IMG/VR virus record: IMGVR_UViG_3300014613_000068
Location: 1 to 32,264 of that record
DNA from: a virus
Lineage: Duplodnaviria > Caudoviricetes
Direction: 5' to 3' (one strand)
Length of the DNA: 32,264 nucleotides
The notes beneath the pieces were generated by a model. The model was not told the origin of the DNA. It did not search any database and was given only the letters and a program-made list of their open reading frames with translations. Positions 6,904 to 15,044 of the stretch are shown piece by piece. The position numbers and the translations under genes were made by a program. Position 1 is the stretch's first letter, and each line of letters begins with the position of its first letter.

Positions 6904-7272
6904 ATGGAGATCACGAATGGTAACAAGGGCATCATTCTCCAAGCACTATACAGCCGGAGGGCTGAAGTCAAACAGGAGTTGAACAGCATCGACGCGATGA
7001 TCCAGGCGCTCTCGGAGAACATCAAGGACAAGCCCGCCAAGACGGGTCTGAAGGGCCGGAAGATCGTCGGCTTGACGAGCAAGGTCTGGGATTCCATCAA
7101 GGAACTAAAAGACGCGTTCCATTGGACTGAGGCAGCTTCCCGTGTTGCCAAGGCGCTGGACCTTCCATTTCTGGCACAAGATGCTGCCCGGATTCATTCA
7201 TCCCTGGCACGGCTGACCAACTCGGGGAAACTGATTCGCCGGGACCCCGGCATCTACGAGGTGAAACGATGA
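6904..7272 (+). CDS. coiled-coil plus winged-helix-like DNA-binding protein
   Basis: AGGAGGGC RBS, MEITNG start; C-terminal IHSSLARLTNSGKLIRRDPGIY resembles a wHTH wing. Confidence 0.6.
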   Translation: MEITNGNKGIILQALYSRRAEVKQELNSIDAMIQALSENIKDKPAKTGLKGRKIVGLTSKVWDSIKELKDAFHWTEAASRVAKALDLPFLAQDAARIHSSLARLTNSGKLIRRDPGIYEVKR

Positions 7273-7574
7273 CCCTGAACGAAGATGGACAAGCCGTGGT
7301 TCACCGCAGCCGCTTGCCCAAAATCAAAGACGGCAAAGAACGATCCCGGTGCGGAGAATGCCGGCACTGCGGAATCTTGGAATTGTCTGACTCGAAGCCG
7401 GGAGCGGATGCCGTCTGCATGAAGGCCGGATCCGGGCACGTCTATATCGCCTCCTGGAACATTGCCCCTGACAAGTGCTTCGAGTTGTGGCCGGAGAGGG
7501 TGCCGTTGACCCCGGAGGAGGAAGCGCGGGAAAAGGAAATCATCAAAACGTACATGGAGGAACGGAGGAAATGA
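7269..7574 (+). CDS. Cys-rich hypothetical protein
   Basis: CGECRHC...C...C; ATGA coupling. Confidence 0.7.
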   Translation: MTLNEDGQAVVHRSRLPKIKDGKERSRCGECRHCGILELSDSKPGADAVCMKAGSGHVYIASWNIAPDKCFELWPERVPLTPEEEAREKEIIKTYMEERRK

Positions 7575-8497
7575 GCGGGATGCTTTCCATGATGAAAGAC
7601 CTGGGCATCTCCATCGCTTCAGAAGGGCACAGGCACTACGGGGAGGGCTGGGTGAATGTCCCCTGCCCGTGGTGTACTGGCTCCTCCGGCTGGCACATGG
7701 GCCTGTCCCTGCCCAGGACTGCGCACTGTTACCGATGCGGGAACCGTCCCCTGGATCAGACCATTGCTCGACTCGCCAACGTGGATGTCAAAGGGGCTCG
7801 GGCACTCATCAGGAAATACCTGCGGGAAGGTCCAGCCCCTGTTCTGAGACGAGAAGGGGAGATCCCCAGGCCAACTTTCATTGACCTTCCTATGGGCGCT
7901 CTACCGCTGTCTGACTGTCCCCGGCATCAAGCCTACCTGGAAGGGAGGGGCTTTGATCCGATGCGCTTAGAACGGCTTTACGGGCTTCTGGGGACGGGTC
8001 TGGCGGGGCCTGATGCCCTTCGGGTCATTGCGCCGGTGTACCTTGATGGACAGCTCGTATCTTTCCAGGGCAGGGACATCACCGGGAAGTCCTCTGCCAA
8101 GTACAAAGCCTGCCCGAAGGAAAAGGAGATCGTCTGCCACAAGGATACGCTCTACGGGGTGGATCTGGTGCCGGGGGACCAATGCGTGATCGTGGAAGGG
8201 ACAGCAGACGCCTGGAGGTTCGGACCTGGGGCTGTGGCTACGTTTGGAGTTGAATGGACACAGTCCCAGGTAGCGATGGTTGCCCGGAAGTTTCGGTCCG
8301 CCGTGGTAGCCTACGACAACGACAAAGCAGGGGAACTACGAGGGAAGGCGCTCATGGACGCCCTGGCCTTTGTCGGGGTGGAAGCGGAGCGGGTCCTGTG
8401 GCCCTCGTCCATCCACGATCCGGGGGAGATGTCTCAGGACGAGGCGGACGAAACGATGATGTGCTTAATGGCACCTTTTGACGAGGAGGGGGATTAA
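7571..8497 (+). CDS. DNA primase (Zn finger plus TOPRIM)
   Basis: CPWC...CYRCG Zn finger; SFQGRDI..KY; IVEGTADA; YDNDKAG; HDPGEM. Confidence 0.9.
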   Translation: MSGMLSMMKDLGISIASEGHRHYGEGWVNVPCPWCTGSSGWHMGLSLPRTAHCYRCGNRPLDQTIARLANVDVKGARALIRKYLREGPAPVLRREGEIPRPTFIDLPMGALPLSDCPRHQAYLEGRGFDPMRLERLYGLLGTGLAGPDALRVIAPVYLDGQLVSFQGRDITGKSSAKYKACPKEKEIVCHKDTLYGVDLVPGDQCVIVEGTADAWRFGPGAVATFGVEWTQSQVAMVARKFRSAVVAYDNDKAGELRGKALMDALAFVGVEAERVLWPSSIHDPGEMSQDEADETMMCLMAPFDEEGD

Positions 8498-8498
8498 C

Positions 8499-8717
8499 AT
8501 GGAAACAGGCGAAGAATTTGGTGGGGAAGCTGAAGGCCGACCTTCTCCCGCAGAAGAACTTCTAAACGATCTGGCGGCCGCCATTCAACTTGCCGGCGGA
8601 ATGATGTCCCCGGAGCGAATCGGAGCTATGCCGTTCCGTAAACTGGTCGAGCATCTGTTTCCAAACGGCATACGGATCGGCTTCAAAATGGACAGAGAAA
8701 TCGTCCGGTTCGCGTAA
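8499..8717 (+). CDS. hypothetical protein
   Basis: GAGGAGG RBS, ATG 8499. Confidence 0.65.
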   Translation: METGEEFGGEAEGRPSPAEELLNDLAAAIQLAGGMMSPERIGAMPFRKLVEHLFPNGIRIGFKMDREIVRFA

Positions 8718-8746
8718 GGACCCAGGATCATTGGAAATAAAAATGC

Positions 8747-8775
8747 TTTATTTTTCTAAAAAAACATATTATAAA
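8747..8775 (+). promoter_or_regulatory. possible sigma70-type promoter
   Basis: TTTATT-N17-TATAAA in an AT-rich gap. Predicted TSS 8781-8782 coincides with the start of the structured RNA. Confidence 0.5.
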
Positions 8776-8780
8776 GAGGA

Positions 8781-8858
8781 TGGAGTGTGTGTCCCACGGC
8801 CAGGGACAAAGTCTTTCGGGGCTGGGAGCTCATCCCTCCCAGCCCTCCTCCCACTCCA
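8781..8858 (+). ncRNA. three-way-junction RNA, putative C4/CI-like antisense regulator
   Basis: Closing stem TGGAGTG/CACTCCA; hairpin TGTCCC-ACGGCCA-GGGACA; hairpin GGGCTGGGAG-CTCATCC-CTCCCAGCCC. Loop complements lie downstream at 8864, 8961 and 9099-9114. Confidence 0.65.
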
Positions 8859-8958
8859 CGCTCGGGATGAGCGGGTGTTTTGGGTATGCAAAAGATCCCC
8901 TCTAAAAAATCCGGGCGTTCCTATTTACCTAAAGGGCTGGGGAAAAGGAGCGTCACCA

Positions 8959-9318
8959 ATGGATGAGCAAAAACAAAACCAACTTATCATGGAACAAATG
9001 TGCCCGGTCCCTGTGCAGTATGCGCTGGTACGTATTTTTGGGCCGAGCAGGGGGGTTTGGTTTTCGGCTGTTTTACAATTCTACGGACAAGATGAATATG
9101 GCCGTTGGGATGAGGGAAGGGCGGGTTCCAAAATCCCATTCCTCTGTGTAAAAAATCTTGGCTTTAGCGAAAGGAAGCATGAGCTATATATCAAAGAGTT
9201 TCATAAAATGGGATTTTTGGATCGAGCCCCTTCTGAAAAAGGGCTTTACCAAATAGACTTTGAAGCTCTCTCCGATCACATAGAAAAACAGGAGGGCGCT
9301 ACCAATGAAAATAGATAG
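8959..9318 (+). CDS. winged-helix protein, paralogue of the initiator N-terminal domain
   Basis: AAGGAG RBS. LVRIFGPSRGVWF / KHELYIKEFHKMGFLD / YQIDFEALSDHI aligns by eye with the next gene. Confidence 0.7.
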   Translation: MDEQKQNQLIMEQMCPVPVQYALVRIFGPSRGVWFSAVLQFYGQDEYGRWDEGRAGSKIPFLCVKNLGFSERKHELYIKEFHKMGFLDRAPSEKGLYQIDFEALSDHIEKQEGATNENR

Positions 9319-10642
9319 ACGGAAACGATTTCTTTCGTCATACGGTTCCTGGTGGCAAACGCCAAAAAATTTCGTTCGCGTATTCGGACCAAAAAAAGCG
9401 ATCTGGTTGGCGTACGTTATAGATCATTGGAACCGGTTGGAAGATAGCGGAAAGATGGAAAACGAAGATCACTGGTTCTACCTTCTCCAATCTTGGGTCG
9501 AATATACAACCACGATCAGCGCGGCAAAGCATACCCAATTTATCAAGGATTTTCAAGCGCTCGGGATCTTAGAAGTCGAACGGGTAGGGCTTCCCGCAAA
9601 GAATTGGTTCAGGGTAGATCCTGACGCGCTCTCTGAGTATGTAGCGATGAAAGTCGAAGGTCTGGGAGGTCCCCCAAGATCCTTCGATTCAAAGGATCTG
9701 GGTCCGCCGATCGAAAGGATCATTAATAAGAAGATAGATATTAAGAACGAAGTAGACTCTAAAGAGTCTTGTAGGGAACCTTGCGGTTCCTCCGAACCAA
9801 CCGATAAAACATCCTCCCAAGAAGTTCCCCCAAAGATTACGGTCGGCCGAGTCCTTCGCCCCAAAACAAAACCAGGTCCCAAACGCGCCCAGCCAAGACC
9901 GTGTCGCTGGCTGGAGATTTGGAATGATCTTCCCAACGTCCAGCGGCACCGTGACCCGGCCTCCAAGACATACCGAAAAGCAAAGCGATACATCGCCCAG
10001 CTTTTGGACGGGTCCTTTGCCGCCTCCAATCCAATCTCGCCCGCGTTCCTGGAGAAGCACAAGGTCGGGATTGCTATGCTCCGAAGGAGGTGGACAGAGA
10101 GATCCGTCGAAGAAGGACTTCGGCTCCTGTCGAATCTCCTGACCCCTGGATATTGGCCGGAGGATAAAAGCGGGCTTCCACGGGATCTCCCAACGCTGAT
10201 ATTCAATCCCCGGACCCAATCGAGTTTGCTGATGATGGTGATGACGAAGGAACCGGGGCTTTTGAAGTCCTTGCGCAAGGTGGAGGTCCAGGAAGACAAG
10301 CACGAAAACGCCACGGCTGCCCTGGTGCCGTTGTTCACCGCCGGGAATGGTCCGGACATAGGAAAGATGCCCATTGATGATCGGAATACGCTGATAACGA
10401 CGGTATCCGGTATAATGCAATGGCATAGGCGAGTAAAGCCGGACCGAGGGGGCTGGTGGGGACACCATTACAGATCCGGGACGACGTTCGTCAAAGGCTA
10501 CGCCGAGTTCCTGGATCATAGGGGATTTCAACCCGGGCCGCCAAAGGTTTTGGCGCCGGGTGGGAAGTGGTTCCAGGGGTATTTGGAGGACATATCGGAC
10601 AGGTTATTCCAAGGACAATGGATTCCACGGGCTGGAGAATAA
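9305..10642 (+). CDS. putative replication initiator / replisome organiser (N-terminal wHTH)
   Basis: FVRVFGPKKAIWL..WFYL..QFIKDFQALGILEVERVGLPAKNWFRVD, typical of phage initiator wHTH domains. Located between primase and DnaB; contains internal repeats. Confidence 0.7.
   Translation: MKIDRRKRFLSSYGSWWQTPKNFVRVFGPKKAIWLAYVIDHWNRLEDSGKMENEDHWFYLLQSWVEYTTTISAAKHTQFIKDFQALGILEVERVGLPAKNWFRVDPDALSEYVAMKVEGLGGPPRSFDSKDLGPPIERIINKKIDIKNEVDSKESCREPCGSSEPTDKTSSQEVPPKITVGRVLRPKTKPGPKRAQPRPCRWLEIWNDLPNVQRHRDPASKTYRKAKRYIAQLLDGSFAASNPISPAFLEKHKVGIAMLRRRWTERSVEEGLRLLSNLLTPGYWPEDKSGLPRDLPTLIFNPRTQSSLLMMVMTKEPGLLKSLRKVEVQEDKHENATAALVPLFTAGNGPDIGKMPIDDRNTLITTVSGIMQWHRRVKPDRGGWWGHHYRSGTTFVKGYAEFLDHRGFQPGPPKVLAPGGKWFQGYLEDISDRLFQGQWIPRAGE
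9654..9790. other. putative replication origin inside the initiator gene
   Basis: Four TCGAAGGATCT-like units (9654, 9677 inverted, 9689, 9711), an A-rich tract at about 9722-9747, and palindromes AGACTCT/AGAGTCT and GGAACC/GGTTCC. Confidence 0.55.
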
Positions 10643-10645
10643 AGC

Positions 10646-12166
10646 ATGAGGGTACAGAGGCAGAAGGCAGACGTTGATGCAGAACGCAGGCTGGTCACCG
10701 GGATGATCGTGGACACGCGGTTTCTTTCCGGGATCGCTCCGATTATCAGAGAAGAACTTCTCAGAACCCCATATGCCAAGACGGTCGCCAACTGGTGCCT
10801 GGATTACCATGCCAAGTACGGCGAAGCACCGGGTCGGACAATCCAAGACCTGTTTGAGTCCCATGCCAGGGGCGGCAGGCTGGATGAGGATCAGGCGGAC
10901 CTTATCGGCAGGATGCTCCAGGACCTTTCCAGGCGGTGGGAAGGGGAACAGGACGAAGCCTTCAATGCTCCGTATGAGCTGGACAAGGCCGAGCGGTATA
11001 TCCGGGAGCGTTCCCTGGACGCGGTGATGTCAGACATTAAGGCTTTCCTCTCACAAGGGGATCTGGAGCAGGCTGAGGCGGCCGTAGGCGGGTTCCGTCG
11101 GGCTGCTCGCCCTGAATCAAGGGGATTGAATCCTTTGGACCCCGCCGTGGCAATGGCCGCGTTTACCGGCAAGGATGAGGAAGCCTTGTTTCAGCTCCCC
11201 GGAGACCTCGGGCGGATGCTTGGTCCATTCTGCCGGGAACAGCTTTGGGCGGTGTTGGCTCCTCAGAAGCGGGGGAAGTCGTGGTGGCTGGTTGAGTGCG
11301 CGATGCGGGCGGTTCTGGCCGGCCTTTCCGTCCTGTTCGTTTCCCTGGAGCTTTCGGAGCTGGCTGTGATCCGGCGATTTTATTCAAACATCTGCGGGCT
11401 TCCATCCGAGCGCCATGCCGGTGCGACTCAGATCCCGGTCTGGGACTGCCTGACGAATCAGATGGGGGATTGTGATAGGGGTTGTGGTGTCCGTCTCTTG
11501 GGAAAGGATGATGAACGCCCGAAGATATCACCAAAGGGATACGGCCCATGCTCGGCTTGTCGCGGGACGGATGAGTGGCAGGCAGCAACGTGGTTCCGGA
11601 CGGAGGATCTCCCACCCTTGACCGGTTCCAGGGCGGTGAAGAAAGCCAAGGCCCTTCTTGGTCAATACGTCAGGGGCGGGCGCTTGCGGGTGATGCGCCT
11701 TCCATCTGGTCGGGTGACGATGCAGGAATTCTTGGCGATCCTGGACAATCTGGAGTATTACGACAAGTTGGTGCCAGATGTGATTGTGACCGACTTCGCG
11801 GACAAGTTCGCCAGGGATACCAAGATGGAATACAGGCACGGGATCGCCGACATTTGGGAGCAGCATAAGGCCATATCCCAGGAACGCCGGTGTTTGGTTT
11901 TGACAGCTTCCCAGGCGAACACGATTCGGTCTGGGAAGGACGCGGGACAGGGTTCATGGGCAGAGGATATCAGGAAGTTTGGGGAGCTGGACGGAGCCTG
12001 GGCATTGAACCAGACGCCTACGGAACGAGCAGAGGGGATCATGCGGGTGCCGGTGATCGGGATTCGGGAGGACGATTTTGATATGCTGGGGCAAGCGATC
12101 GTCCTGGAACAGAAGCGGATTGGTCGTCCATATTTGGATTCTCACTGGGGGGGGCTGGCGAAATGA
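10646..12166 (+). CDS. DnaB-like replicative helicase
   Basis: Walker A APQKRGKS; FVSLELS; VIVTDFAD; LTASQAN; AEDIRK. Confidence 0.85.
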   Translation: MRVQRQKADVDAERRLVTGMIVDTRFLSGIAPIIREELLRTPYAKTVANWCLDYHAKYGEAPGRTIQDLFESHARGGRLDEDQADLIGRMLQDLSRRWEGEQDEAFNAPYELDKAERYIRERSLDAVMSDIKAFLSQGDLEQAEAAVGGFRRAARPESRGLNPLDPAVAMAAFTGKDEEALFQLPGDLGRMLGPFCREQLWAVLAPQKRGKSWWLVECAMRAVLAGLSVLFVSLELSELAVIRRFYSNICGLPSERHAGATQIPVWDCLTNQMGDCDRGCGVRLLGKDDERPKISPKGYGPCSACRGTDEWQAATWFRTEDLPPLTGSRAVKKAKALLGQYVRGGRLRVMRLPSGRVTMQEFLAILDNLEYYDKLVPDVIVTDFADKFARDTKMEYRHGIADIWEQHKAISQERRCLVLTASQANTIRSGKDAGQGSWAEDIRKFGELDGAWALNQTPTERAEGIMRVPVIGIREDDFDMLGQAIVLEQKRIGRPYLDSHWGGLAK

Positions 12167-12190
12167 AATGAAATTTTATTTTTCATCCGA

Positions 12191-12224
12191 CCGGGCGATA
12201 AGGACAAAATTTGGTATAATGTAA
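12191..12224 (+). promoter_or_regulatory. phage-specific promoter motif, copy 2
   Basis: CCGG-GCG-ATAAGG-N9-GGTATAATGTAA, followed by a stem-loop GGAAAACCG/CGGTTTCC. Confidence 0.8.
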
Positions 12225-12280
12225 TCGTAAAGGGAAAACCGGCGAGCGGTTTCCAAGAAACTCAAATCAAATAGGAGGGC

Positions 12281-12967
12281 ATGAAGATGGCGCGGAAAAA
12301 GGTAGAGGGAAAAACATCACCGGCGAGCAAGCGGCGCGGGCGTTCAGCTCCGGCGAAGGACGAACCCAAGAAGACGGCCGCGAAAAAGGCCCTGGCGGAG
12401 GATGAACCCAAGGACGACATGGTTCCCAACGAGGAGCCGAAGACCCAGGCCGGACCGACCCTGGAGGATCTGAAGGCGGCCGTGGACGATCTGAACGACG
12501 TGCTCAAGCCCAAGCCCCCGATCGCCGGTAAGGACAAGGCGGTGCTGACGAAGGCTCTCCTGGTGGCCGCCGAGCAACTGGTGCCGAAGGACGACAAGGA
12601 ATACGAGCCGGATGCGGTCCTGCCCACCACGGCCGTCACCCTCAAGGCTCTGGGATACGAGGGGACCCTGGCGGAGCGCGAGGCCCCGGTGGTTGTGGAA
12701 AAGCCCGAGAAGGCCCCGAAGGAGAAGAAGGCCAAGGCCCCGAAGGAGAAGAAGGCGGCTGAAGGTCCGGTGGATGCGTTTGGTTTTCGCGAAGGGTCCA
12801 TCTCGGCCATGTTCATCAAGGCGATTCAGGAAGCGCCCATGACGATGAGCGAGATCAAAAAGGCCTCGTGGAACAAAAATGGGGCGACGTTTTACAACGT
12901 TTGGAAGAAGATCGTGGCGGAGGGCAAGGGCGGCAAGGATGAACAGGGCCGCATGGCCCTTCTGTAA
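12281..12967 (+). CDS. Lys/Ala/Glu-rich, probably DNA-binding (histone-like) protein
   Basis: AGGAGGGC RBS; KAPKEKK repeats; short C-terminal helical domain; has its own promoter and a downstream hairpin. Confidence 0.65.
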   Translation: MKMARKKVEGKTSPASKRRGRSAPAKDEPKKTAAKKALAEDEPKDDMVPNEEPKTQAGPTLEDLKAAVDDLNDVLKPKPPIAGKDKAVLTKALLVAAEQLVPKDDKEYEPDAVLPTTAVTLKALGYEGTLAEREAPVVVEKPEKAPKEKKAKAPKEKKAAEGPVDAFGFREGSISAMFIKAIQEAPMTMSEIKKASWNKNGATFYNVWKKIVAEGKGGKDEQGRMALL

Positions 12968-12974
12968 CAATGGG

Positions 12975-13028
12975 GTCTGGGGGCGGGGGAAATGATTTTC
13001 TCCGCCCCTGGACTGGTGTATAATTTTT
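12975..13028 (+). terminator. long GC hairpin, possible terminator
   Basis: GTCTGGGGGCGGGGGAAA-tga-TTTTCTCCGCCCCTGGAC, with a T-rich tract shortly after. Confidence 0.5.
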
Positions 13029-13045
13029 TGGTTTTGGGGGGTTAA

Positions 13046-13984
13046 ATGATAGGGCAAAAGGATCGGCTTGGTTTTGGATTTGAACATGATATCCCGCCTG
13101 TTTCTTTGCGGGATCGTTTCGTGGTGCCTCCGTTTTCGGTGTTGGATGCCCGCCAGGGGTATTGGCAGGATCGAAAGCGGTTGTGGTTGAAGCTGGGAAT
13201 TGAATCTGAGGTTGGGCGGGTCGCAAAAAGTATTACTTTTGGGGATGCGCTTACATATGGGCGTGCACAAAGCGCGGTGACATCTATATTTGACCCGGTG
13301 CTTTGTGAATTGGTGTATCGTTGGTTTTGCCGCCCTGGATTTTTCGCGTTTGATCCTTTTGCGGGAGGTTCTGTCCGGGGGCTTGTTGCGTCTGTTTTGG
13401 GGGTTGCATATACCGGGATCGACTTGAGCGCGATCCAGATTGAAGCAAACCGGGTTCAGTGGGAGAATATATCTACACGAAAATATGCGGCAGAGTGGCC
13501 CGTGCCAACGTGGATTTTTGGGGATTCGGTAGGCTGTGCTGATTTGCTTTCGGATGGGTATAAAAGCGATTTATTTTTTTCATGCCCCCCATATGGGAAC
13601 TTGGAGGTGTATAGCGATAACCCCGTTGATATTTCGACGATGGAGTATAATTCTTTTTTAGATGCGATGGAAAAGATTGTGACGGCTGGATATTCGATGT
13701 TGCGTGATAACCGATTTGCCTGTTTTGTGGTGGGCGATTATCGTGACAAGAAAACCGGAGCACTTCATAATTTTCCGGGGGACATCGCGTCGATTTTTAT
13801 TGATGCTGGCTTTATTTATTACAACGAGATTATCCTTATTACTGCGGGCGGTAGTTTGCCCATAAGAGCGGCATTCCATTTTCCACGTGGGCGAAAAACG
13901 GAAAAAACGCATCAAAATATATTGGTGTTTTTCAAAGGCGATCCAAAAACAATAACGGACGAATTCGGTTTATTGGAGGGCTGA
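13046..13984 (+). CDS. DNA amino-methyltransferase (N6-A/N4-C)
   Basis: FDPFAGGSVRG SAM-binding motif and FSCPPY catalytic motif. More AT-rich than its neighbours; TGTATAAT upstream. Confidence 0.88.
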   Translation: MIGQKDRLGFGFEHDIPPVSLRDRFVVPPFSVLDARQGYWQDRKRLWLKLGIESEVGRVAKSITFGDALTYGRAQSAVTSIFDPVLCELVYRWFCRPGFFAFDPFAGGSVRGLVASVLGVAYTGIDLSAIQIEANRVQWENISTRKYAAEWPVPTWIFGDSVGCADLLSDGYKSDLFFSCPPYGNLEVYSDNPVDISTMEYNSFLDAMEKIVTAGYSMLRDNRFACFVVGDYRDKKTGALHNFPGDIASIFIDAGFIYYNEIILITAGGSLPIRAAFHFPRGRKTEKTHQNILVFFKGDPKTITDEFGLLEG

Positions 13985-13987
13985 ACA

Positions 13988-15040
13988 ATGGCGAAGAAGA
14001 AAAAAGAGGAAAAGACAGAGGCAGCCGGGACGATCAGCAGGACGGGTTTCCTCAAGGTGCTGGAGAAGGTCAAGCCGGGGCTGGCGTCAAAGGACATCAT
14101 CCAGCAGGCGACGGACGTGATCCTAAACGAAGGCGAGGTTTCGACCTATAACGATTTCGTTTTGGTCTCCTGCTTGTTCAACACGGGGATCGTCGGCGCT
14201 GTAAAGGCAAAGGAGCTTTTCCAGATGCTCCAGCGGATGCAGGGCGAGGACGTGTCCCTGGAAGCTGTCCAGGAAGGTCTGATGCTCCGGTGCGGCAAGG
14301 CGCGGGCCTGTATTATGATGGACCCGGAGATCACGCTACCGCTCCCGGACCTGGCTGCGATGGACGATGCCGAGGGCTGGACTCAGATCCCGGATGGTCT
14401 TATGGATGCGGTAAAGTTTTGCCTGTTCTCGGCGTCCAGGGATCTTTCACGGGGTGTTCTGACCTGTATCCATGTGGATATGGACATGGTGGAATCCTGT
14501 GACAACTTCCGGGCCACTCGGCGGGATGTGGAAGGGTCTACGATGGAAGAGCTGCTCATCCCGGTGCGGGCGGCGGAGGACCTCGTCAAGTATGCTGTAA
14601 CCGAAGTCCTGGTGGAAGAGGCATGGCTCTACTTCCGAAACGCCGATGGCTTGATCTTCGCCTGTCGGCGGATGGACGGGGACTGGCCGGACATCTCTGG
14701 GCCTTTCGAGATTGAAGGCGCATCCTTAACTCTCCCGGACGGGTTTAAAGAGGTCGTGGAACGGGCCGGAGTCCTTGCTCAGGCAGAGTTTGATGCGGAC
14801 CGCCGGGTGGAAGTTCGGGTGGTGAAGAAGGTGATGCAGATCCGCAGCGGGGGTCCCGCAGGCCGGTTTGAGGAGGACATCGCGCTCGACAAGTACAAAG
14901 GCCCGGACCTCCGCTTCATTGTCCATCCCGGTGATTTCGCGGACGTGCTTGGCCTTTCCTTGGACATGGTCGTAGGGGAACAGTGGCTGAAGTTCAGCGG
15001 GGAAGGGTTCCAGCACGTTGTCTGCCTGATGGAGGTTTAA
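13988..15040 (+). CDS. DNA polymerase sliding clamp (DnaN/beta-like)
   Basis: About 350 aa; FSASRDLSRGVLTCIH..ESCDNFRA; ELLIP; RRMDGDWPD, matching beta-clamp patterns. Confidence 0.8.
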   Translation: MAKKKKEEKTEAAGTISRTGFLKVLEKVKPGLASKDIIQQATDVILNEGEVSTYNDFVLVSCLFNTGIVGAVKAKELFQMLQRMQGEDVSLEAVQEGLMLRCGKARACIMMDPEITLPLPDLAAMDDAEGWTQIPDGLMDAVKFCLFSASRDLSRGVLTCIHVDMDMVESCDNFRATRRDVEGSTMEELLIPVRAAEDLVKYAVTEVLVEEAWLYFRNADGLIFACRRMDGDWPDISGPFEIEGASLTLPDGFKEVVERAGVLAQAEFDADRRVEVRVVKKVMQIRSGGPAGRFEEDIALDKYKGPDLRFIVHPGDFADVLGLSLDMVVGEQWLKFSGEGFQHVVCLMEV

Positions 15041-15044
15041 TCGG

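Noticed and set aside
8781-8858. tRNA call for the cloverleaf-like RNA
   Set aside because: It has only two internal arms, no T-loop TTCRA or D-loop GG, and the terminal CCA is paired in the stem.
8731-8958. N-terminal extension of ORF 8731-9318
   Set aside because: It is a TTG start with no RBS and runs through the promoter and structured RNA; ATG 8959 has AAGGAG.
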